Assembly: GCA_036172245.1 (NCBI GenBank) | Contig: JAYWIR010000011.1 | Span: 124,001-188,000, forward strand | DNA from: Raillietiella orientalis | Taxonomy: Eukaryota | Reading direction: 5' to 3' | Length of the DNA stretch: 64,000 nucleotides | In this document: piece after piece, positions 11,354-23,700 of the stretch | Layout of the letters: each line of letters starts with the position of its first letter | Numbering within the stretch: the stretch's first letter is position 1 | The notes under the pieces: generated by a model | Databases searched by the model: none | What the model saw: the letters and a program-made list of their open reading frames with translations, nothing else | Told to the model about the DNA's origin: nothing | Position numbers and translations under genes: made by a program

Positions 11354-14300
11354 CTACTCTTCTTCGCGGTGTTTTCCCAGTTTCTCTTGGAGCTTGTCGA
11401 AGGCCGTCTTGATGAGCATCTCCTGCTCGTCCTCGATGTGATCGACGCCTACGACCTCGGGGATGTAGAACTTGAGCATGTTCTCGACACCGCTCTTCAA
11501 GGTCACGACGGAACTGGGGCAGTTGGTGCATGAGCCCTGCATTTTCAGCTTCACGATGCCATCTTTGAAACCCTGAGGCGAGAAAGAGGAGGAGTTGAAC
11601 GCTGGGTCGCGGTGGGGGGAGCCGCTTGTCCACGGCGAGAAGTCAGTGCCGCTCCCTCCGATTTTGCGAGCAAAATAAAAGGACGACCCTGGAAGCGTGA
11701 CAGGGAGGGTGGGAAGAACTCCTTCGGGAAGAAATCCCTCCACCGGGAGCGTCCGGCGCGAACGCCGGGATGTGGCAACTGGGATGAACAAAAGCTTCCA
11801 GGAGCCGGCGAAGTCGCCCACGAGTCTCCAAAGGCGCGTCCTCAAGAAAGCGATGGAGAGGGAATGGAGGAGGGGAAGGAAGGGGGGTGCGATTTCCGGG
11901 ATTCCATGCGACACTGCACGCGAAATCCCTCGTCCGTCCACGACCCTCATCTCGCCCTTCCGACCCACGTGCACATGCGAGCCGTTACCATGTACACGAT
12001 GTCTCCGCCATCTTCTTGGACGGTGGGCCGGATCCGGGTATCCAACAGCTCCTTGATCAGGGCGATGGTTTCGGCGTCCTCTTCAGATTCCTCGATGATA
12101 TCTGGGGAGAGATAGAGAGGACAAACAAAGAGCGCCCCCACGGCCAAGAGCGAAAGTCTGGCCGGCCGCACGACCGCTCGGGTCACCCTGGAAGTGGACG
12201 CCACGCGAGCTCCGTCGGATGGATGCCCTCTCTCTGGTGGCCACGGATGGCGAGGGGGCTGTTCCCGAAAAGCGGAATGGGTCAGGGGGTGGGGGATGAG
12301 CACACAGCGACGGCCTCCTGGGACCACTGGCGAACGGAGGTGGCCACATCCAAGGCACGGGCCAGAACGGGTCCCCGGACGAGAAGGCAGCGGCGGTGGC
12401 GCTCCGCGATCGGCCGGTGAAACTCGGCCACTCGGCGGGCCGTCGTGTGGTGGAGGAACCAACGCCGGGAGAAGAGCCTTCCGGGAACCCCAGGACTCCA
12501 CTAGCAGGATGTTTATGGGCATCCATAGAGAGAGGGAGAGGGGCGCGACTTCCCGGACAGAGAGTTCGGCCATTCTGTACCCCAGGCCGGGAAGCGACCT
12601 GACCCCACGAAGCTGAGGTTCTCTCCCCCCTGGGAGGTTTTACTCGACAATCTCCTCCCGTCCTAACTCCATTCGTGGGGCACTTCCACTGCTGCGCCTG
12701 GCCGCGGTCCCCAAAGCAAAACGCCACAACCGGAAACGGTGAAGGCCTCGCAGCAAGGGACGTCTTCCTCCCCCTCGGAACAAAGGCGACGCGGCTTCTC
12801 CGTCGGAGTCGCTCGGCAGGGGCGGTTCCGGACTTCGATCACTCCGGGTTCCCAAAGCGGAGGACCACCTGGTGCCGTCGGAGAGCGCGGCCCGGCTCAT
12901 CTCCCAGGAAGTACGCGCAGGAAGAGAAGGAGGTCGCAGGATCCGCTTTCCCCGGCGCTTTCCGGAAACCGGAAACGGACGGGCGAATCGGTCTTCTCCG
13001 CGCCGCTCGAGGCACCGCCCACTCGGACGCGCGAGCGAGCGGACCCCCTGCAGGAACCTACAGGCGAGAGGCGAGACACAACTCGAGCCGTGGCCTTCCG
13101 TTTCCAGTGAGCTGGCGGCAAAAGACACCCAGCTTCCCTAGGCTTCTCATTGACAGAGAACAGATGAAGGGGAGGTCAGCCGGGGTGCTCCAGCGGCGAA
13201 CGGAAACTGAGACCCCCTTCCCCCCCTGAGGGGGACGAGCTCGCCTCTTCCTTCCTCAACCAGAGCTGCCCTCACCCCGGGGAAAGACCTGAGTGCGGCT
13301 CTAGGCACCCGAGGGCATTCGTGACACTCAGCTTCGACGCGATCCGCGTCACGAGCCCATCCCCCTCCCTCCTCCTTTCCTCCAGGAATTGGACGCCGGA
13401 AGCGAAGTCTGATTTCACGCCGTCACGAGACAAGAAAACGGAGAGGGATGCTGGAAGGAGCCCCCGATGGACGGAGCCGATCCGGAACGCGAATCTCCGG
13501 GCGAACGCGGGCGCGTGGTCAGTGAGTCCGAACGCAGCACCACCGCGGTCGGAGGCCAGCCGACCGCGCGATCGACGTGCCCCTCCATCCTGCCCGTCCG
13601 ATGCTCCGATCCTCGAGTTGGCGCACGGCCTCAAACGAGATGTCGGCAGCTTGAAGATGCGCGCACGGGAAAGGCAGCTGCTGCGACGATGGGATGAGAG
13701 TGCTCCCCGAGAACTGGACTTTCGGACCGCCCTACGGACGTAGCGTCCAGTAGATGTCCGTATGATGCAGGTAAAAAGATCTCAGGTATAAAGCGCCATA
13801 TCGCAGTTGATACACAAGGTTTGCCACATGCAATTTATGTAACATTCGCTGGAGCACTACCGCTTATATGCTTCGATGAGTGGTATTACTCGGTAGAAAG
13901 AGGGCCACCGAGATCCCCGAACGAGAACGAACCTTCCAGAAAGCACACAGCTGTCTGGCGCTTGCATGGAGCAAATCCGCAGCCGGCGTGCGCGCCACGC
14001 ATTCAGCTGGCGAAGGACGCGTGTGCGGGTGGCGATCTCTAGAGAACGCCTCCTCCTCCTCACACGACGACGGGGAGGACACCCCCCCCCCCCCCCATTT
14101 CAAATCCACGAGAAGCAGGGCGTCGCACGGCAATTCGGCCCGCTCCTCCCTGGTATTTGTTACTGGACGCGCGTCTCGTACGCTTCGCCGCGTTCCACTC
14201 CGTTGCTACCGTGGTCTCTTGCGTTGCCACCTTTGCAGAGCGCTCGGCCCCGCCTCCGCACGCGTCTCGGAACCCACCCCATCATCAACCCACGAGAGGA

Positions 14301-16980
14301 AAAGTTCAGAGCCATCATCCGGAGCAGTTCTGGGCGCCCACGCCCTCCGCTGTTAAGAGGGCCCACCGAGTGGACGCACAACCGCGGCGAAATTACCTTC
14401 TCTCTGCTTGATGAGCTCCGTTTTCACCACAGGGGCGTTCGTGGCGAAGAAGTCCATCAAGACTGCGAATACCTGGGGCTTTAGGACTTTCCAGTCCACG
14501 TCTTCGTCTATCTGATGCACACCATTACTTATTTGGAAGCGCCATCCGTGAGAGGGAACGGTCCCGCTTCCGGTTGTTCCCACCTCGTCAGTCTGTTCGG
14601 CTGCGCTTACCCTGGTCACCGTGATGAAATCCGGCCCGAAGAAGACGGACTTGATGCCTTCGATCCGGATCAACAGCTTCGCTAAGGGTGAGCAGTAGGT
14701 CGATGCCACGTCTGGAAAATCCATCGTACCGGATTCCAAGACCTAAGTCCGAAGAAAGCACGTCAGCAACGCATGCGGGGACCAGGGGGCCTCTCAGCAT
14801 GGCAAGCGCTCGACACCTTCAGCTTTAGTGGCTCTGCCTCTCCTTCACGCACGACCTCGAGGGCGGAAGGATTCGTCCCAGGAGAAAAGAAAGACGAAAA
14901 GAAAGAAAGCACTCAAAAAGTGGAATCATTCTTCACGCTGGGATGGAGAACATCCAACACAACAACCCACCGATCAATCGATCATAAACCATCAGTCGCA
15001 TTCTAACCGCATTGGCGACACGGCCAATTACCGAACAGAGGTTTGTTCGGAATACGGACGTGAAGATGCCTGAAGGCTTCTCGTGGGAACCACAACCAGG
15101 TATTTGCGTTCGCCAATGATCCGATGCTGTGGAAGCTTAGCGAAGTACAAATTGCAAGCGTCGTTGAGGCCAAATAAATGAAAAACACGCACACACATAC
15201 ACATACACAAATCTTTGGGGGAAACGCGCGACTCCCAACTCACTCGGAGTCAAGAATTTTTTACCTCTTGTAAGATTAATTGTACGTATAGAGCGTGACC
15301 CCCAGGACGTTGATGTTGAGAGCCACTGCGTGGGAGGCAATGAGAACACCGGCCAAGACTTTCCTAAAAGCCCAGCTGGAGCAAATGTTAGGCTGGTCGT
15401 CAGGACCTGGGAAGACTCCAGGTGATGGGAACTCCATGAGTCTCGAATGAGCGAATCGGTCAATTCATGGGTCATTCCCAAGTAACAGTCGCACAGTGAG
15501 TGTGAAATGTAAGACTCGACACGCGTCAAAACACAGCAACAGTAAATCAATAAGCCCACTGGCTAAAGTAGTATCAACTAAAGCAGGTTTCAAGGTGGGT
15601 CAGTGGGTACGTGCATGCTTGCTTTTGTGATAACGCAACGCTTATTAATGATAGTAATGAATGGTCAATCAAGGGTGATCGACTTTCAAAGTCCGAGCTC
15701 AGAACACGGACGTGTCATGCGAAGACCCCCAGGAAAGCAGAAGTACGCCGAGGGAACTGGAAGTAGCTGACCCGACATTTTGATGTATCACTACTGACCG
15801 GCACCAAACAATCGTCTCATTACTCTTCGCAAAGGTCGCGCTTTCAGACGCGTAACCCAGGGTCGCGGCATTGCCAATCCGACGCGACGACTGTGTGACA
15901 CAAATACGTTGACAAGGAGAATCATCTGGGGCAGTCGCTGGGAGACGGAAGCACCGATTTCTTTCCATTCCCGAAGTCTTGTCGAAAAGCACCCACACGG
16001 GGGCTTGAAAACACGGTGAAACGTGGAACTCCCGGTGATGGACACCGTCCGCGAATGCGGGAAAAAAACAGATCCGGGATGCCTGGCAGGTTGCCTCAAG
16101 CAATGCAGATCTCTGAACGGGAAAGCAGCGTTCGAGGGGGGCACCTGAAGAAAGCATGCGAAGGATGCCACGGACGACACCCGAGGTAACGACAGATGCA
16201 GCATCCCAGAAGAGAGTTCCAACGTTTGAGGGTTCGTTCGGTACACCGGTTCGGTTTCCACGATAGTGCCGCAGGGCATTTCGCTCGGACACCTACTGCA
16301 AAAGGAGCCTTCCGTGCATTCTCGCTTTGCTTCTGGCAGCAGACCACGGAAAACGCGCGCGCCCACCCTCGAGTGATATAGGAAAAAGCGGCATTCCAGA
16401 TGGGAGAGGCCCTATGGTAAGTAACGGTGCTCGCGTAACGCGGATGGGTACATTCATTCCCAGGACTAATGGGGCACAAGTAGGCCGACGCAATACAGTA
16501 ATCGTAAACGTCTGGTGGGAAAGAACTGCACTTGCTTGTCGCCTGGGACAACATTTTCGAAATGCCATTTGCACGAAAAAAAAAAAAAAAAAGGCAAACA
16601 TTTCTCCGAGCGACGCTTTTTCCTGACGACACCATCACGGACCGATTCTTCCGGTTTCCCCTTAAGGTTTTACAAGTTCCGAACCGGTTATTTCACTTCA
16701 GTCAAGCTGACGGATGACCTTCGGCCTCCAAGGAAAGAATAATTGCTCATACCTGTCTTCCAGGATGAAATTTCAGACTATTGGGATTTGGAGTGTCTTG
16801 TGTCTGAATGAACAAATTTCTGCAGAATGGTTTGAATAACAATTCGGAATTGAGCAAGTTATTTGGAGAGCTGTGTGCATAATATTTCCCTTTATGCTGA
16901 AAACAACGGGGAAAATTTTTGGACAACACTGCAATTGCCTGAGAGGGCAAACATCGTTTTAATAATGTACGACTATTCAT
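11354..16980 (-). CDS. NFU1: Mitochondrial iron-sulfur cluster scaffold NFU1; exons 16980-16753, 14742-14611, 14511-14397, 12101-11989, 11572-11354 (807 nt, 268 aa)
   Basis: GT-AG exons join in frame. They give a basic transit-peptide-like N-terminus, then [61 protein letters not shown] and the CxxC motif in [16 protein letters not shown]. There is an in-frame stop upstream of the ATG, and AATAAA at 11351-11346. Confidence 0.96.
13761..13844 (+). mobile_element. 84-bp fragment of a bacterial IS5-family (IS1031-group) transposase, Wolbachia-like, in NFU1 intron 3
   Basis: Translates without stops to [28 protein letters not shown], the conserved IS5/IS1031 transposase block. It is AT-richer than the flanking intron. 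Confidence 0.85.
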
Positions 16981-18939
16981 TGTACATTGCTTTTTGGTGT
17001 TGCATTCATTTACATCCTGATACTATACCTGAAAAGAAACCAGAGGCAATTTATGGATTGGGGCTGTAAAATACAGTTTATAAATACAGAACATTCAGAA
17101 CTGATTGCTATGTCAGCATATAAAGTACACTGGGAATCCTTTGAATTCCAAAGTACTTCAGAGTAATATAATTAATGGATGCAGTACAAGTTTCCCAACA
17201 CCAGAATCATCGGCGGCCAGCAAACATCATCATTAACAAAGTGACAATGACAAAGAACTACTGTTTATTTAAACGGGGAGCTCTTCAACAAAACTGGATA
17301 CAACATAAAAAATCAGGCTACATTTTAAACAAGGTCTCAAAATCAGGATCTCCTGAATTCCAGGTAACCTACATCACAAATACCTAAATAAATTAAAACA
17401 CACAAAAACGGAACTTCGGGGTTCATATTTGAAACTACTCCAAGGAAAATTTATGAACAGGGCTTCAGATTTTGTTTGCTTAATATCAGGCAGGGGAAAT
17501 CATCAAAAATTAACATAAACATGGGCCATGTACTCTGATTTATGAAAACGTTTATTTTTGCCCACAAACTGGTGCTGTAAGAAGAATCCACGTAAATACA
17601 AGTTGCAGCATAAAGTTTCATCACTATGCTTGAAACGTTTGCTATGTTAAGGCTTTGGATAATACAATAATAATCTTAATTACCTTTCAGAACACTGTGG
17701 AATTACATAAAACATCCATCTCCCTTTTACATTTAGTTTTCCTGTCAATTAAATATCTTGCTTTTAATTCTTTATTTGTAAAGAGAAATCAACAGACAAG
17801 GGGCAAAACTTTGGAGAACGCTGCATCATGGAATGGAACAGAATTTCTGGTGTTTACAACTAATGCAAGGTTTAAGCAGACCATAGTAAACATGCAGATT
17901 CAAAAACATGTGCAGGGCTTACATCAACAACTGTACTGTGAAACCCAATTGTTCTCAGTAAAAGGAACTGAGATTATCCAACAAATGAAACTTACTGCAA
18001 ATGCATGGTCATGATTAAGAATACTTCATACCACAAATTAACTCAGATCAAGAGGAAGCTATAAGCTATTCCAAAAAGACCACGCGTGCACATAAAAAAA
18101 CAACTGTCAAGTGAATTACTCATCCAGTAAAGTAGACTGTGGTATACATTTCTAAGTTCAGTTTGGTTTTGAGCCCATCAGGCAAAATTTCAAAGCCCTG
18201 TTGATGACTGTGCTGTACACAAAAGTAGTAAACAAATTGCAACCTTAGTAACAGTTAAAATAGATCTAATTATTCTAGTCTGATTAATCATTTGTGATAA
18301 AAGTAGGCTGGAACACTAGCAAACAAAACATACTGTCTAAACTAAAACTATTTAACCAAAGCAAATACAAAATATATGTGTGTATAATTACTCTACCACA
18401 GTTCTAAGCGTTCTTTTTCTTAAATTTTAATTGTACAAATGCCTATTTAGTTTGTACAGTATTCCCTCCAATTAAACAACTGCCACACACCTTGCAAGGA
18501 ATATGAGAAGTGAAATTGAAAGTTTACAAGTGAACCTGAGCTAGAACACAAATCAGATGACATATGCACAACAAAATAAAAGGAGCAATCTACTTGGAGT
18601 CACATATTCCCTATGAACAATTTTTGAATTTTTTACTTGAAAAATGCAAAGTAACAGCAGTATGTGCACATTTCAGAAGTTGCTTCATTTGGTAATTTAA
18701 AATCAGTACATAAGTATTTATGAATTTTATTGAAAATATCTTCTCGTTTCAATTAAATTTCAAATATTGGCAACCAATGGCAGGAAACACAACTTCTCCA
18801 AAATTTTCATCAACAGAATAAACAATACATTAAAAGCATATTTAGAAGTATTTTCACATATTTTAAAGATATTAGGAAACAGTAGTTGGCATATAACACA
18901 ATATAAGTCCTTTATGGCCTATTTATATCATTCTCATTC

Positions 18940-20203
18940 TCATATTGAATATTTATTTTTCATTCCACTTTGTTTAGAATTTTGTTCACTGTGTACTTGA
19001 TACGAAATAGTTGTTTTACTAGACAATCCCAAAATTTGCTTCAGATCACATCTGAAAAGCAAGTGCTAATTGGTACTTCGATACTTCAGTGACACACTTA
19101 CCCTATCCTGATGGTGGCTTCATAATTCCCAGCATCAGCATTCCAAAGTTGGATTTTATCGAACCTTGGCCTTACTCCAACTATGGCGCCACAGATTTGA
19201 TCATTGAATTCAAAATTTTCTCCAATCATGCACATTAGCTGAAAAAAAATAATACATGAAAACTGATACATGAATTACCATGAAGATTGCAGTTTTCAAA
19301 ATTTGTATAACCCTTACCACTTCTAACCACAAAAAATCTAAATCAAAACTTGAATTTCTTTGATTTTTAGGGAAACTTATCAACCATCGTCCTCCTTTCG
19401 CATTTCTTGGGTCTTCCCACATTGGCTTGATGCGATCCTTAAAAAAAGAATAGTCTGATCCTGCTTGCAGTTTACTTGCTGATATGGCATAATGATACAA
19501 TCTGGAAAAAGCAGTTTGAATGATGTACATGATATTTAAATATGCAATACAATTTTCTGTTTTCAATTAGATACAAGGGATTCAAGCTCTTTAGCCCCAA
19601 GTTATTGAAACGAAAAATAAATGCATTCTGTTTGAAATGAACACATCTCCTCAATTTAAGTGTCAATATAATAAGGAAAGAAAATGCCATTTAAAGGATC
19701 AAAATTAATTCATGATCAGTAAGTAACCATTACAAAGAAACACAGTAATTTTCCATTTATAATAAATTACTTTCAAATGGGTACAATATGTTTCAAAAAT
19801 GAATGTTTCAACACACTTTGTATTAAAAAACTTGGTCATACTTTTCTAATTTTCAACAGACATTACATTTGGGAGGGCAAGCTAAAATTCATAAACTCAT
19901 TGGTTTTTAAATTAAAAGATGCACTTAACAATACTAATGTTCATTGAATTTTTAATGTATGACTGATAAAATAGTGATTCCTACAAAATACTTTCAAGTA
20001 CTGCTAAAATACATCGGTAATGATTACCCCCAAAAATCTTCTACTGTGTCGACTGTTAACACTTCCTTTTGATCACTTTCCCAATTTTCTTGGGAGTGGG
20101 CTGTGGATATATACCACAATGTCCAAGGATGTTGCAATGGATGTTTCATAACTTTTTCTGGATCAACAGCATTTTCTTTGGCATGCTCGTCTGTTTCTGA
20201 CAT
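18940..20203 (-). CDS. eIF4E: Translation initiation factor eIF4E, class I; exons 20203-20028, 19501-19318, 19238-19102, 19051-18940 (609 nt, 202 aa)
   Basis: In-frame spliced protein contains KHPLQHPWTLW, NWES, TVEDFWG, DYSFFKDRIKPMWED, GGRW, FLWLE, IGENF, ICGAIVGVR, DKIQLW and YQVH. All eight conserved Trp positions are present and the introns are GT-AG. Confidence 0.96.
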
Positions 20204-20684
20204 GCTGACTACCTACATATGAAAAACATCTCTTAATTTCAATGTTAACTTTTCCAAGCAACAACGGCACTTAAAAACACCACTCTCAAAAGTTACGCAA
20301 CTATCACGCACGCACACGTCTAAATTTCATTATTTGGTGGGACGAAAACGTCATGTACGTTATCAATAACTCGAGTGAAACCCATGATTCTTTTAAAAAA
20401 TAAACTCCATAACATACGTATGAGAAAAATCCACGCGACCAATAACGCACGAGAAAGAAAATAGAACGTAACAAAATGCAATAATTACCAAAAACCCGAG
20501 TTAATAAACAGTACTGATACGCGCAAGCGCATCGCACCGCCTAACCACAACATGAAGTCCGGTGCCAAGTGCAGCAGTAATTCCACATAATTTAGATGCA
20601 GGTTCTTTGACGAGAATTAGAATTACTATCTAGGAACATTTATCAACGACGACCCTCTAAATATGAATGCATTACATGCATTAC

Positions 20685-20790
20685 CTCAATAAGCACGTCA
20701 TTTCTTTCTAAGCTGTTTTATCAGCTTCGGGATTTCCAATTCTTTTAACACTTCACTATCCCGGAGATCCCATAAAAGAAACTGGTAGCG
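20685..20790 (-). promoter_or_regulatory. Probable non-coding first exon and TSS region upstream of eIF4E
   Basis: Donor GAG|GTAATG at 20685/20684. The ATG-containing exon has an acceptor TTTTTCATATGTAG| ending at 20213. CpG density rises sharply from about 20300, and an Inr-like CCAGTT lies near 20785. Confidence 0.5.
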
Positions 20791-23700
20791 GGCATTCCTT
20801 TGGCAGCCATATCCCAGTTCACCCTGGTTTGTTTGTTTTTTTTTTTTGCCTTTTGTCCTCTATCGCTGTTCATGCGTATTCATAAGGGCAAGTAGCGTCT
20901 GGTATAATCAGCTTTCCTTAGTCTCGAAGTGCTTGATTTTCATTCTACAGGTAACATGCGAAATCCCCGGGATGTGCACTGGAAGTACGGGATACCCCCG
21001 TGATGGATGATGGAGATGCAATAAAGAGCCATTTGAGTGCCTTTCGCTATCCTGCGGATGCTGCTTATCAACGCTAACAAAGTCATGAGAGAACGGAACT
21101 TTGACGTTCCTTACTACTGCCAAAAGACTAGAAATTCAAGTCTCAGAGTCAGCAAATTTCTGTGCAATCCCTAAAACATAAAGTAAACTAGTATTGTTTG
21201 AAAGTTGGAAAATTCATTCACTTTCAAAAATGAATGAAATTTCCAAACTTCCATTATTTTAAAAAAATCACTTTTCCAGATCCTCCTCTCTATATGATTA
21301 CGAATGGTAGCCTGCATTCCATCTCCTCCGAGTAAGCAGAGAGCAGGACTGCTTGCAGTGCCACCTTCGGTATAACAACTTGGGCTTAGCCGTAGACTAA
21401 AATTCACAATGACTTATGCATGCCATAAGCGTATAGAACACTGTATCAGCATTTTATTTGATATAGATGCGTCGTAATCTATAATGTGGTAAGAGCTTTA
21501 TCAATATTATAAACCTTGATTTTGCGAAAAGATATGTGTATTGTTGAACAAGACAAATAAGAATATTCAATATTATTTAAGTTGTGTATGTGAATTTAGA
21601 TAAAACTTGATTTAGCCGCTCCGTGATATATTAACATGCATTGTGTAAGACAAGTGCCAGTGATTGAAGGGCACGATACTGTTTTGACAGCATGAGCTTG
21701 TCTTCCAAGGTCTTGAAAGAAAAGACCAAAAAGCGTGCTGTCTGCAAGAGACGAGTCCGATACATACGTTCAGGCGGAAGACTGAAATGGCTGGAAAATG
21801 GCCGCTTCGAATTATCTAAAACAGGGCATTTCGTTGCAGCGCCACCAACACGCGTTTGCAGAGAAAGAAAGGCCCGAATTTTTTACTTGGAGGTCGGAAA
21901 GAGGGCTTCTTGAGCGAGAGAATACCTGAGGAAGACCAGGCCACTCATGCTATGTGGGGAGTTGATTGCAAGGTACTAAAGAGTGGTTCTCGGAAAAGGA
22001 GTAGGCATATGATTTGAAAGTTCTTGCGCATGAGCGAACGCTGGGTTCCAGCCTGAGTCGCTGAGGTGTCTTCTTTAGAATTAGGTGCTACGAAACGATC
22101 AGTAGGAGGACCCGGAAAAGGTTGCTGAACATCTAGCAGATTTGCGAGCCACATGAACGAAAGGAAGCGGAACAAACGTGCTGGGGAGGAATGATGGCTG
22201 AGGCAAGTGGGGAAAGGTAGTTCTTTGGAGTGAAGGAAACGCTACAGGTAGGGGGTTAACGAGCATGCAATCGGGAGTGGAACGGACCGGTTTGATTTGT
22301 ACAAGTGAAAGATGGTCGGAGGAGAACAGCGCAGTGACCACTGGACACCTCCAAGCCACCAGAAGTTTAGCATTGGGCGGGGAAGTAGCCGGCCGGGAAG
22401 AAGGAAGGATGGGAGCCGGATTAAGCCCCAGGCAGGCCCTCCTCGACAGGAGGGAAGAAATTCGTGGCCGGATTGGCTGGCACCAGCGCAGCGTGAAATC
22501 AGAGCAGGGTCGGTTGCCACCTGCAATACCGGCGAAGGGAGAGAATTTCGTTCCGCGTGAGCTCCGGAAGTGCCGCCATCATGCAGGACCAGGAGCAAAA
22601 GCGGTCGTCTCGCCCCTCGGTGCTCTCCCAGCAACGAATGGGCGGGATCGGAGGGCGGCGAAGGACGGGCAAGAAAATTCGTGCCAGCCCAAAGCGGTAG
22701 GGGAGACCAGGGATGGAAACAAAAGTGGGTCGGATCGCGGTCGTCCCCGTAGGAGAAGTGGGGAAGCGTGGCGGCACCTGGATCCGGACGGAAGAGGGCG
22801 CTTCGGGTCCCTCACGGGCAAAGGCGGCGGATGCGGGATGGAAGGGAGGGACGGGGAAGCGATCTCCGGGTGAAAGAGCGGAGAGGACTCTCCGCCAGCC
22901 CGTGGAGTGGGGGTAGAGCCCAGGCGGAGGCACGGCAGGTCAGCCGTTCGCATGCCTCCCGACCTCGAGCGCGCGACGCGTTGGGAATCCTGGAGGAGGC
23001 TTCCCGGAACTGGTGGAGGGAGAGTTTGGCGGGATGCACCTTCGGGTCTCGGAAGCGCGCTAGACACCCGCAGGGGTCCCCGCGGGAAAGTGACTCCCCT
23101 GAGCCGCTTTCGGGAGCGGCCGCCCTTTCGCCTGTCCTGGTACATTCTGGGAAAGATGGCGCGTCGCTTCGCAGGACTTCTAGTCTCCGGAGCAAGAGCA
23201 GCAGATGCCCCCTCCCCTTGACCATCCCCGGTTCCCTTGAACGCAACGGCTTTCAGAGGAGACAAACAAAGGAACCACCTGGAAAACCGGGAGAGGTCGG
23301 TTCAACGACGAGAGGGAAGTCGTAGGGTCGAAGACCCCACTGGAGACAGGATGGTAGTAAGGGAAGGGAAAGAAGGCCGATCGATCAGGGCTTCAGGAGA
23401 ACGTGGGAGGCCCCTCGTGAGAGGGCGGGGTCGCCGGACCGATCCCTCCGAAGAGCCACTTCCTCACGCCCCCGTCTGGTGAGCCTGCCGGAAGAAGAGG
23501 GTCGGGCCCAGGGCGTTGGGGAGCCGCCTTTTCGTCCGGGATTCATGCTCCACCGCCCTTGGGCGTCTCTGGCAAGAGTCCCCGTGCTTCGTTCCCCCCC
23601 GCACAGCTGACGCAATGACGCTCCACCCTGTATGGTGACACTGATGGGTCTCCAGTCCCACGAGAAGTCGTCCGTGGGGAGCTCCGGTGCAGCCTCCGTC

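Noticed and set aside
17155..17240. C/D-box snoRNA-like ATGATGA...CTGA on the minus strand
   Set aside because: No terminal stem and no recognisable rRNA-complementary guide; these motifs are common in AT-rich DNA.
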